Numbered from the stretch's first letter, positions 1 to 7,698 are shown. The stretch is DNA of 11,870 bases from Candidatus Rifleibacteriota bacterium (GCA_051747585.1 JBNJGH010000016.1:1-11870); one strand, 5' to 3'. Notes: generated by a model not told the origin, from the sequence alone. Program-made: numbers and translations.

Positions 1-603
1 GTCAGCGAAGCAGGAGGCTACCCGATAGATGCGGGCATTGCCCGAGACGATGAAGAGCACAGCGAAAATCTGTTTTTGCAATCTGTTGAAAAGGCTGACA
101 TCATAGTTACCAGCGGCGGAATTTCAAAAGGGCGCAAAGACCCGTTCAGGAATCTTTTTGAAAAACACGATATAGAGCCACTTGTTTATGGCCTTATTAT
201 GAAACCTGGCAAACCGTTCTTTTTCGGCTATTTTAAAAACAAACCGGTCTTTGCTCTTCCGGGAAATCAGGTTTCAAGTGCAATAACATTCGAATTGTTT
301 GTAAGGACTTTTATTAGAGCTTCGCTTAATCTTACGCCATTTAGACAAAGCTTAAGCGCGGAACTTGCTGTAGATTCTTACAATAAATCCGGTAGAGATT
401 TTTTCCAAAGAGCAAAATTAATAAGAAAAAACGGCAAATTGCTGGTTGAGCCGATGAGCAAGCAGCAATCAAATATGCTCTCGAGTTTTGCCGAAACAGA
501 TGTGATTTATCTTCATCCACTTGAAGACAACCATTTAGAGGCAGGAACCAAAGTAAAGTGTTTTATATTTAGAAACGAAACCAGTCATGAAATCTATAAA
601 TAA
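1..603 (+). CDS. moeA: Molybdopterin molybdenumtransferase MoeA (gephyrin-like), 5'-truncated by the window edge
   Basis: Frame 1 is open from base 1 (VSEAGGYPIDAGIARDDEEHSENLFLQSVEKADIIVTSGG...). MoeA domain III/IV motifs are present: GIARDD, DIIVTSGGISKG, MKPGKPF, VFALPGNQVSS, RDFFQRA, QQSNMLSS, LEAGTKV. Confidence 0.9.
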   Translation, partial: VSEAGGYPIDAGIARDDEEHSENLFLQSVEKADIIVTSGGISKGRKDPFRNLFEKHDIEPLVYGLIMKPGKPFFFGYFKNKPVFALPGNQVSSAITFELFVRTFIRASLNLTPFRQSLSAELAVDSYNKSGRDFFQRAKLIRKNGKLLVEPMSKQQSNMLSSFAETDVIYLHPLEDNHLEAGTKVKCFIFRNETSHEIYK

Positions 604-1669
604 AGCTGCAAACAGTCTTTTAATAGACATAGGAACCGGCACACGCGATATAATGCTTTTCACTGATTCAAACTGCCTTGAAAACAACAGCAAAATTGTT
701 GCCCCAACTGCTACAAGGAATCTTGCCCAACAAATTGCAAAGGAAAATCGAGATTTAAAAATTGCAGGCTATACCATGGGCGGCGGAGCTCTTTCAAGTT
801 CATTAAAAAAGCATCTGAATAAAGGCTTTTCAATAGAAATAGAGCCAGAAGCAGGATTCACGGTAAGAAACAACTTAAAACAACTCGAAAAAATTGGTTT
901 TTCTATAAAAAATAAAATTGAAAGCCCGGATATTATATTTGATGATATAGAACTGAATAAACTTTTAGATATTTTTACCGGGCTGGGACATGATATAAAA
1001 AAGTTCGATCTGGTCGGAATAGCAGTTCAAGATCACGGCGATCATGAATACAACGAATCTTCGCGAAAGAAAAGATTCGATTATTTTAATATTCTTCTCA
1101 GCAAAAACAATCATTTAAGCTCTCTGGTTTTTCTAAAAAACAATTTACCCGAGTTTTTTACCCGCATGAAATCGGCTGCCCGAAATTTAAGTAATTATAA
1201 CGAAATCATAAAAAATTCTGTCTTTATGGATACCTGTGTAGCAGCAATAGCCGGTTGCTGGTATGACAAAAATGTCAGAGATTTCGACGGACCGGTACTT
1301 TATGTAAACTTTGGCAATGGCCATACTCTGGCCTGTGTTATGGAAAACCAGAAAATTTTAAGTTTTTATGAACATCACACTTCTTTATTGAAAAATAAGT
1401 CTGATTTTTTATCAAGCCACTTGATCAAGTTGGTCGAAGGTGAGCTAAGCTTTGAAGAAGTTTTCGACGACGGTGGGCATGGCTGCCGAACTTTTGAAGC
1501 GATTAAATTCAGCGACATTGCCGGCATTGTCGTTACCGGTCCGCAAAGGAATTTGGCCGACAAACTTGGAATGAAAAACTTTTATGAAGCTTCGCCGGGC
1601 GGAGATATGATGATGACCGGACCTCTTGGTCTCATGAGAGGTTATAATCAACTACAGGAATTAAAATGA
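587..1669 (+). CDS. DUF1786/COG4012 family protein (ASKHA/actin-like ATPase-type motifs), function unknown
   Basis: Family-typical motifs in the expected order: IDIGTGTRDI, GYTMGGG, AVQDHG, FTRM, MDT, VNFGNGHTLA, YEHHT, FDDGGHG, TGPQR, PGGDMMMTG. Overlaps the moeA 3' end by 17 nt. Confidence 0.85.
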   Translation: MKSINKAANSLLIDIGTGTRDIMLFTDSNCLENNSKIVAPTATRNLAQQIAKENRDLKIAGYTMGGGALSSSLKKHLNKGFSIEIEPEAGFTVRNNLKQLEKIGFSIKNKIESPDIIFDDIELNKLLDIFTGLGHDIKKFDLVGIAVQDHGDHEYNESSRKKRFDYFNILLSKNNHLSSLVFLKNNLPEFFTRMKSAARNLSNYNEIIKNSVFMDTCVAAIAGCWYDKNVRDFDGPVLYVNFGNGHTLACVMENQKILSFYEHHTSLLKNKSDFLSSHLIKLVEGELSFEEVFDDGGHGCRTFEAIKFSDIAGIVVTGPQRNLADKLGMKNFYEASPGGDMMMTGPLGLMRGYNQLQELK

Positions 1670-2457
1670 AAATTAAAACAGCTAATTTTATTCTCTTTCT
1701 TATGATTTTTACCTTTCAACTATACCCTTCAGTTCAAGCTTGTGACGACACTCTGGTCATGCTGCTTACCGCAAAAAATCCTAACAGTGAATTTTCTCGA
1801 ACTATCAGAAAATTTACGACAAATTTATCTACCCTGGGTGTTGCCTTGAAAAACCCCTTGAACAAAGATCAAGATTTTTCAAACGAGCTTCAGGCAGTCA
1901 TGCAAGCCTGGATAGATTTTACCACCAGATATATGACCAACCCTCCACCAGAAGCCAGAAACGATCGCAACTGGGTAAAAAAAATGCAACAAACCTCGAG
2001 AAGAATTGGAAAACTTAGAAGGCTTATCGGTAATAAAAAATTTATGACTGCCCACAACTTAGTGCTGGATATAAGCAGCGAAATCGGCAAGTTCTTTGAA
2101 GCCGTAGGCATAAGCGACGAAAAAAAGCTTTTTATAGAGACTTCGACCAACGCTACTATACTTGAAAACATGGTATTGCAAAACAAAAATCAAAAGGCTT
2201 TTCTGGCTCTGGCAAGTCTTACAATCAATTTAAAAGATTTCAAACCACTGGTTCCCGAAACTGCAAGTTCTACAACTACAGAACTCAAAAATAAACTTGC
2301 CATTCTTGAAAATCAGCTTAAAAACTCTGAAAATATTAAACACCTTGATCCCGAGGTTGTAAAAATCACAGCCCTTTTTGAGCAACTAAGATCTCTAATT
2401 CTCATGCAGGAATGGTTTCCTGAAACAACAGACCAGGATGAGGAGGGAACAAATTGA
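1666..2457 (+). CDS. Exported alpha-helical hypothetical protein
   Basis: 263-aa ORF with an ATGA overlap to the upstream gene. N-terminal signal peptide MKIKTANFILFLMIFTFQLYPSVQA|C; the remainder looks amphipathic-helical. Confidence 0.75.
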   Translation: MKIKTANFILFLMIFTFQLYPSVQACDDTLVMLLTAKNPNSEFSRTIRKFTTNLSTLGVALKNPLNKDQDFSNELQAVMQAWIDFTTRYMTNPPPEARNDRNWVKKMQQTSRRIGKLRRLIGNKKFMTAHNLVLDISSEIGKFFEAVGISDEKKLFIETSTNATILENMVLQNKNQKAFLALASLTINLKDFKPLVPETASSTTTELKNKLAILENQLKNSENIKHLDPEVVKITALFEQLRSLILMQEWFPETTDQDEEGTN

Positions 2458-2711
2458 TTGAAGTAACAGTGATAAAAAGCGCCAGTAAATGTTATACCTG
2501 CGGCGAAACCGAACAAATTGTAAGTGAAATAGCCAAAGACTATAAGGATAAGGTCAGTTTTCAAGTTTTGGTTGCCGGCACTCCTGAAGTAAAAAGGTTC
2601 GGAGTAGTAACTACCCCGGTGGTGGCAATTGGAAATAAAATTTATTCAATGGGAAAACCCGTAATTAAAGAAAAGGTAATTAACTGGATTAATAAAGAAC
2701 TCAAAGCCTGA
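2454..2711 (+). CDS. Small thioredoxin/glutaredoxin-fold protein (Thioredoxin_3-like)
   Basis: 85 aa with CYTC near the N-terminus and cis-Pro motif FGVVTTPVVAIG. TTG start overlaps the upstream TGA, with SD-like GAGGAGGG just upstream. Lies next to a DUF318 permease, a common pairing. Confidence 0.85.
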   Translation: MIEVTVIKSASKCYTCGETEQIVSEIAKDYKDKVSFQVLVAGTPEVKRFGVVTTPVVAIGNKIYSMGKPVIKEKVINWINKELKA

Positions 2712-2719
2712 GGTTTGCC

Positions 2720-3850
2720 ATGATACAAGAAACAGTCAAAGCTTTTATCTCCCTATTTGATCCGCTCAGAGACACATGGTTATGGCCGGGCCTTGCTGAA
2801 GTGGGCAAATTTATGGGTACCCATTTAATATCGGGAATGATTCCCGCCTTTTTTATTGCCGGCGCTATTGCAATTTTTCTTGATAAACAGAGGGTAACCA
2901 AGCTTATGGGAACAGATGCGAACCCCTGGGTTGCGTATCCGGTAGCAGCTCTTTCCGGAGGCATTTTAACCGTATGTTCCTGCGGCGTTATACCGATATT
3001 TACCGGTATTATGCAACAGGGAGCAGGAATCGGGCCCGCCTTCACCTTTCTCATGGCTTCTCCGGCAGTAAATCTTATCGCTCTTTCATATACCTATACT
3101 CTACTGGGAAGCAAATATCTTTTCTGGCGTGCTCTGCTGGTATTTTTCAGTGCAATATTTATAGGTCTGGGAATGCGCGCATTGTGCTCGCAGCCAGAAC
3201 CCGAAGAAGAGCCTGCCTCTGTGGTAATAGTAGAGGAAGAACAGGAGACCACGGACGGCCAGTTATTAGCCTTTTTTATATTGTTAATTCTTGTAATGAT
3301 TACCGCCACCGGAGTAATAGACCCACTTTTTAATCGATTCGCCCAAAGCACCGGCCTTGCTGATCTGCTTATAATAAGAATAATTTTTATTTTAATCGAA
3401 ATTGCAATCACTGCTGTTGCTGCTTTGAAGTGGTTTCATAAATACGAATTAAAGCTTTGGCTCAAGAAATCCTGGAGCCTTTTTGTAATGATTTTTCCGA
3501 AAGTTCTGGGCGGAATATTTTTATGTGGTATAATAGCTGTGGCATTACCTTTAACCAGTCTTATTTCATATTTCGATGCAAATGATGTTCAGGGAAACTT
3601 CCTTGCATCTATCCTTGGAAGTATGATGTACTTTGGTACAATCGTCGGGGTAACAATAGTTACCACTTTACGCGATTTGGGAATGAATGATGGCCCGGCA
3701 ATGACCTTGCTGTTATCTGCGCCGGCAGTGAGCCTACCCAGTGTTATGGCACTGGTTCCTATAGCAGGCGCAAAAAAATCGGCAGTATTTTTACTGCTTG
3801 TGGTAATTTTCAGTGCCTTAAGTGGCCTTATTTTTGGAATGACTTTCTAA
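2720..3850 (+). CDS. DUF318/ArsP_1 family predicted permease
   Basis: Polytopic membrane protein with two related halves. Motifs IPAFFIAGAI, LTVCSCGVIPIF, GAGIGPAFTFLMASPAVN, MMYFGT, GMNDGPAMTLLLSAPAVSLPS. SD GAGGT upstream of the ATG. Confidence 0.88.
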   Translation: MIQETVKAFISLFDPLRDTWLWPGLAEVGKFMGTHLISGMIPAFFIAGAIAIFLDKQRVTKLMGTDANPWVAYPVAALSGGILTVCSCGVIPIFTGIMQQGAGIGPAFTFLMASPAVNLIALSYTYTLLGSKYLFWRALLVFFSAIFIGLGMRALCSQPEPEEEPASVVIVEEEQETTDGQLLAFFILLILVMITATGVIDPLFNRFAQSTGLADLLIIRIIFILIEIAITAVAALKWFHKYELKLWLKKSWSLFVMIFPKVLGGIFLCGIIAVALPLTSLISYFDANDVQGNFLASILGSMMYFGTIVGVTIVTTLRDLGMNDGPAMTLLLSAPAVSLPSVMALVPIAGAKKSAVFLLLVVIFSALSGLIFGMTF

Positions 3851-3873
3851 TAAAAAATCAGAAAGGAAATTTT

Positions 3874-4587
3874 ATGGGGAACCATACAGTTAAAGATCTT
3901 GATAAAATTCAAGAAATAATGGCGAATGGCAATTACGAAGAAGCCCGCCCGCTTATTGAGCAGTATCTTGAGAGCAAGCCAAACGATCCGGTAGCTATAA
4001 GATTACACGGAAACACTTATGCTTACACCGGCTTTCTCGGAAAAGCAAAAAAAATCTGGCGACGCGGACTAAGATTGTTTCCCGATAATGTTGATCTTCT
4101 CTACAACTATGCTTTGGCCCACTATTTACAGAACAATCTGTACTACGCAAGAAAGTTCTGGAAAAAGGCATTAAAGCATTCTCCAGAAGACTCAGAAATT
4201 TATTTCAACCTTGGTCAGGTTGCCCGAGACGAAGGACGCTTAAAAAAAGCGATTTCTTACTGGATCAAAGCACTTAAATTTGACAAAACCAACGTTGAGT
4301 TAATGAATAACATAGGGGTTGCTTATGCTGACCTGGAAATGTTTGGCAAAGCGACAATCTGGTATAAGCGTGCAGTTAAACGTGACAAGAATTATGCATT
4401 AGCCCATTTTAATCTGGCAACCGCTCTTTTTGAAAGAGGCGAATTTGAAAAAGCTCGTAAACATGCCGACTTTGCCGCGAAACTTGATCCTGCTTCGCAC
4501 ATGGAAGCAGCCAGTGAGCTTTTAAAAAATATTGAAGAACATCACCAAAGCCGAGAAGAAGCAAAGGCAGAAAAAGAAAAAGAATAA
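3874..4587 (+). CDS. Cytoplasmic tetratricopeptide-repeat protein
   Basis: Successive ~34-aa TPR units (e.g. PDNVDLLYNYALAH, PEDSEIYFNLGQVA, NVELMNNIGVAY, NYALAHFNLATAL). No signal peptide; charged C-terminal tail; SD AAGGA upstream. Confidence 0.88.
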   Translation: MGNHTVKDLDKIQEIMANGNYEEARPLIEQYLESKPNDPVAIRLHGNTYAYTGFLGKAKKIWRRGLRLFPDNVDLLYNYALAHYLQNNLYYARKFWKKALKHSPEDSEIYFNLGQVARDEGRLKKAISYWIKALKFDKTNVELMNNIGVAYADLEMFGKATIWYKRAVKRDKNYALAHFNLATALFERGEFEKARKHADFAAKLDPASHMEAASELLKNIEEHHQSREEAKAEKEKE

Positions 4588-4624
4588 AAAATATTCAAAA
4601 GGCATATAGCAAAACGCTATTATA

Positions 4625-4662
4625 TTTTTCGACCCGGCTGAAATATCAGCCGGGTCGAAAAA
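4625..4662. terminator. Bidirectional Rho-independent terminator
   Basis: Perfect 17-bp inverted repeat TTTTTCGACCCGGCTGA-AATA-TCAGCCGGGTCGAAAAA between convergent genes ending at 4587 (+) and 4705 (-). The T5/A5 runs extend the stem rather than forming a classic 3' U-tail, so this is a hairpin-type terminator call. Confidence 0.7.
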
Positions 4663-4704
4663 CGTAAGACTGGTTTAACCTTTCAGTTAATCTGTTATTT
4701 TTTC

Positions 4705-4980
4705 TTAGTTCAGTTCAATTTCATTAATTTCAACCGGAAAATGTTCAACTGTGTCTTTTCTTATTTGTCCCATCAGGGCGGCTTGCCGATTTTTTAATCT
4801 TTCCATTTCTCTTTCGAGAAGAAAGTTTTTTGTTTTGCTCATATTCAGCTCTTTTAGAGAAGAATTGTATTTAACTATCATTCGATCGAGTTTTTCCCGT
4901 AAAATCAAAACTTCATTTTCAACTGCCTGCAATGACTGATCAAAGCTACCACGATTTTCTGAAGAACTTTTATTTTTCAT
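4705..4980 (-). CDS. Small coiled-coil protein (weakly ZapB-like)
   Basis: 91 aa with heptad pattern (LQAVENEVLILREKLDRMIVKYNSSLKEL...LLEREMERLKNRQ). AAAAGG SD-like sequence upstream of the ATG. Confidence 0.65.
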   Translation of the reverse strand: MKNKSSSENRGSFDQSLQAVENEVLILREKLDRMIVKYNSSLKELNMSKTKNFLLEREMERLKNRQAALMGQIRKDTVEHFPVEINEIELN

Positions 4981-5047
4981 TTTTTCGCCTTTTGAAGTTA
5001 TTTAAATTACTATCGTATTCAAAAGACCTTTTTTTTAGAAAATTCTG

Positions 5048-5710
5048 CTAATTATTGTTATTTTTCTTTTCCTCCAAGGCTGCAATTTTCAACTTTGCAA
5101 GTTTTCTTTCATGTTTTTCTGATTCAGGATTATTTAAAATATTTTGGTATATTCTGATTGAATCATCGATTTTTCCCATTTTTTGATAAATCAGTGCCAG
5201 CAGTCTTTCGGTTTCGATTCCATGGTCCTCAAGTTTAAAGCACTTTTGCGCATATTCCAGGGCAAGCGGTTTGTTATCGAGGCGAATAAATATTGCCTGG
5301 GCGGCATCATGTAGGAACCTTGGGTTATTGGAATTAATTTCTGCGGCAAGGGCATAATCTTCTAAGGCTCTTGCTATCATTTCTTTATCATCCTTCTTAA
5401 TACCTCGGTCAAGCCGCATGAAATTTTTCAGGCTCCAAGCCTCAAAATCATCAGGGTTCAATGCCGTAATAGCATCGAGGTTTATCAATAAACGGTGGTA
5501 GTTTGCCAGCTGGTCCATCGAGTCACGATCAAATTTCAACCATAGGTAACCTGCAACAAGGTCTTTTAAATTGAGCTTTTTAATAAGCCAGGTCTGAATT
5601 GACTGCTCTGCAGCCAGCGTTTCTTTTTTTCTGGAAAACGAGCCAAGATAATTTGATGAAAGGCTCAATATTAGCAAAAGAATTAATATTTTTAACAGAT
5701 TACATTTCAC
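5048..5710 (-). CDS. N-terminally membrane-anchored TPR protein (XapA/XapC-like partner of the ABC module)
   Basis: Hydrophobic N-terminus (LLKILILLLILSLSS), LKDLVAGYLWLK motif, AITALNPDDFEAW, and C-terminal TPRs (LLALIYQKMGKIDDSIRIYQNIL). GTG start overlaps the permease TGA (GTGA). Confidence 0.75.
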   Translation of the reverse strand: MKCNLLKILILLLILSLSSNYLGSFSRKKETLAAEQSIQTWLIKKLNLKDLVAGYLWLKFDRDSMDQLANYHRLLINLDAITALNPDDFEAWSLKNFMRLDRGIKKDDKEMIARALEDYALAAEINSNNPRFLHDAAQAIFIRLDNKPLALEYAQKCFKLEDHGIETERLLALIYQKMGKIDDSIRIYQNILNNPESEKHERKLAKLKIAALEEKKNNNN

Positions 5711-6474
5711 AGAAGTCTCTCCCGTTCAAATTTAATTCTTGCTATTTCGATTACCAGAAATATCATTGCAACGGCATAGATTACGGCCACAAGCTCATAA
5801 GCCCAAGGAATTTCGGCTTTTTTGATTACAATATCTTTTAAGTTAAAAAGGCTTAAATTGGGTATAATATTCCAGATAAAGCTCAAAACATAACCCACCC
5901 ACGAGTCTTGCCAACCATGTAAAGCTTGCTGAAAAGCAATAGTCATGTGACCAACGATGTAAAATGCAAAGGTCAACATTGCCGCAACCACATAAGAAAA
6001 GAAAACAGAGAAAGCTATAGCAAAAGTACCCAGACTAATTAATTCGCACAAATTCAAAAACAGCTGGCGAAATATTCCGGCCGTTATTTCGATCTGCATA
6101 AAAAGAAAGGTAATGACAAGCAAAACAGCCATCGAGATAAAATTAACAATTAAAGCCCCGCTGCTGCCAAGCCAGACACCCCACAAATACTGGGCCCTGG
6201 AAAGATCAAACGACATGGAAACAGCAAGAATATGTTTTCCTTTTTCGTGCTGAAAAATAGGCAGAATAATAAACAAAACCAGTAAAATAGAAAAAATATT
6301 TACCAGTGACAGCCCTGAATCAATAACTAAAGCTGTCCTGTATGCACTGTCGCTCGAGCTGATCATTGCCATAAACGCAACAAGAGAAATCAAATAAAAT
6401 GCCACTAAACTAAATGACTTTGCTCTAAGGCAGCCTTTGAGTATTTGCCGACCTACAATAAATGATTTTTTCAT
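5707..6474 (-). CDS. ABC-2 type transporter permease (PilI/XapB-like)
   Basis: About six hydrophobic segments. EKGKHILAVSMSFDLSRAQYLWGVW matches the ABC-2 'E..x..L+s.P+sR..yl.GK' region, and IIPNLSLFNLK is typical of this subfamily. ATGA overlap with the ATPase. Confidence 0.85.
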   Translation of the reverse strand: MKKSFIVGRQILKGCLRAKSFSLVAFYLISLVAFMAMISSSDSAYRTALVIDSGLSLVNIFSILLVLFIILPIFQHEKGKHILAVSMSFDLSRAQYLWGVWLGSSGALIVNFISMAVLLVITFLFMQIEITAGIFRQLFLNLCELISLGTFAIAFSVFFSYVVAAMLTFAFYIVGHMTIAFQQALHGWQDSWVGYVLSFIWNIIPNLSLFNLKDIVIKKAEIPWAYELVAVIYAVAMIFLVIEIARIKFERERLL

Positions 6475-7205
6475 CTTGCCTTATCCTCCAGACTCAAATC
6501 CTTCGAATATTCCAGAAAAGCTTTTTGTAAAACATCGTGACCACCTTCATATTCATCACGCTTAAATATTTTTTTCAATTCTCCGCCCATTAAGAAGCCG
6601 ACCCTGTCGGCCATTCTGGCGGCAAAACTAACTGAATGGGTGTTTATAAAAACAGACTTACCCTTTTTTCGCTGTTGATGAACAACATCTTCGATTAAAG
6701 CCTGACCAAGAGGGTCGAGTCCGATAACCGGTTCATCCATTATTAGCAAATCGGGATCTTTTAAAAGAGCTCGCGAAAGGTTCAGTCTTTGTAACATGCC
6801 TTTGGAATAGGCTGCTAACTTTTTACCCTTATGCTGTATAAGACCGGTTTGTTCGAGTAACTGGTTGATTTTTTCTTTGGCATTTTTTATAGAAGACAAG
6901 CCGGCAAAGTAGTTCAAATAGCCATGAGCGGTTTCATAGTCATAAACTGCAGGCAGTTCAGACATGAATCCAATTTTCTGTCGCGCTTCAGAAACTACGG
7001 GCTCAAATCCAAAAAGATTTATATTACCGGAATAATTTCGCAGAAAATCCAGCAATATACGAATCAAGGTAGTTTTACCAGCACCATTATGCCCAAGTAA
7101 TACAAAAACTTCATTTTCATATATTTCAAAGCTTAAATTGCGCAAAATCGGACTATTACCGGCGTAGCTGTATTCAACATTATCAATTTTAACGATTGTC
7201 TTCAT
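6471..7205 (-). CDS. ABC transporter ATP-binding protein (PilH/XapD-like)
   Basis: Walker A GHNGAGKTT, signature YSKGMLQRL, Walker B/D-loop LLIMDEPVIGLDP, H-loop INTH. Confidence 0.95.
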   Translation of the reverse strand: MKTIVKIDNVEYSYAGNSPILRNLSFEIYENEVFVLLGHNGAGKTTLIRILLDFLRNYSGNINLFGFEPVVSEARQKIGFMSELPAVYDYETAHGYLNYFAGLSSIKNAKEKINQLLEQTGLIQHKGKKLAAYSKGMLQRLNLSRALLKDPDLLIMDEPVIGLDPLGQALIEDVVHQQRKKGKSVFINTHSVSFAARMADRVGFLMGGELKKIFKRDEYEGGHDVLQKAFLEYSKDLSLEDKAR

Positions 7206-7208
7206 AAG

Positions 7209-7637
7209 CTAACCTCTCTTTAATTTCTTCTGGAACAACCAGTTAAAAAGAACCAGACAAAAAGCAAGTATAAAAAATAGCAATGCTTTGTTTTTTAATA
7301 AGGTATATTTTGCATTCAGCGTTTCGTATTTGACTATCTGGTCTTCAACATGATGGGCATGACCGCAATGCGGACAAATACCAACTCCGTGTTCATGCTT
7401 GTGATCGTGGTGGTGTATAGATTGATCATCGTGATCGCGATGGTGGTGTGTAACATGATCATCGTGCTCATACTGATCATGTTGATGCTGCTCAAGGATA
7501 TGATCTTTCTCCAGGCTGTTAACAGTAGCAGGATGAGAATGTTCGGCTGCATCTTTTTGCCGGGACTGAGCTGCCAGTATGAAGAAACAAAAAAGTATGG
7601 AAAACAATAAAAAGAAAGTTATTTTTATCGATTTCAT
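7209..7637 (-). CDS. His-rich membrane protein with a CPHCGH motif, putative metal-binding
   Basis: 142 aa: N-terminal signal/TM segment, 21 His in residues 33-96, CxxC, and a C-terminal TM followed by a basic tail (KKLKRG). SD AGGGGG upstream; stop is 3 nt before the ABC ATPase start. Confidence 0.8.
   Translation of the reverse strand: MKSIKITFFLLFSILFCFFILAAQSRQKDAAEHSHPATVNSLEKDHILEQHQHDQYEHDDHVTHHHRDHDDQSIHHHDHKHEHGVGICPHCGHAHHVEDQIVKYETLNAKYTLLKNKALLFFILAFCLVLFNWLFQKKLKRG
7401..7466. repeat. Imperfect ~33-nt tandem duplication inside the His-rich gene
   Basis: TGGTGGTGT at 7408 and 7441, and TGATCATCGTG at 7423 and 7456 (33-nt period). Encodes HDDHVTHHHRD / HDDQSIHHHD. Confidence 0.65.
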
Positions 7638-7655
7638 AACATCCCCCTAAGAAGT

Positions 7656-7685
7656 ATTATATTAAAATACTCAATTATTTTTCAA
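7656..7685 (-). promoter_or_regulatory. Sigma70-type promoter for the His-rich/ABC/TPR unit
   Basis: Minus strand TTGAAA (7685-7680), 18-nt spacer, TATAAT (7661-7656), followed by SD AGGGGG (7648-7643) and ATG at 7637. Confidence 0.7.
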
Positions 7686-7698
7686 GGGAATATATTAA

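Noticed and set aside
76..78. ORF-track TTG start for moeA
   Set aside because: The frame is open to base 1 and the upstream residues (GIARDD) are MoeA-like, so the true start lies outside the window.
587..1669. 'Pyruvate formate-lyase activating enzyme' label sometimes attached to DUF1786
   Set aside because: There is no radical-SAM CxxxCxxC motif in the sequence, and the motifs look ASKHA-like.
1375..3411. Short overlapping ORFs (1375-1563, 1445-1651, 1890-2186, 2313-2564, 2701-3054, 2974-3333, 3094-3411)
   Set aside because: They lie within or antisense to well-supported genes and have no recognisable motifs.
3874..4587. TPR protein as a pilotin (PilF-type)
   Set aside because: It has no signal peptide or lipobox, and it belongs to the opposite-strand operon.
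4625..4662. Perfect inverted repeat as a MITE/REP or transposon end
   Set aside because: It is single-copy in the window with no transposase or target-site duplication, and its position between convergent stop codons is explained by termination.
7356..7376. CPHCGH as a c-type heme-binding site
   Set aside because: Heme c attachment needs CxxCH. Here a Gly separates the second Cys from the His, which fits a zinc-knuckle-like or other metal site better.
7334..7610. Alternative ORFs 7334-7552 (-) and 7350-7610 (+), rich in Met/Ile/Thr/Val
   Set aside because: These are frame-shifted and antisense shadows of the CAT/CAC/GAT-rich His tract, with no independent translation signals.
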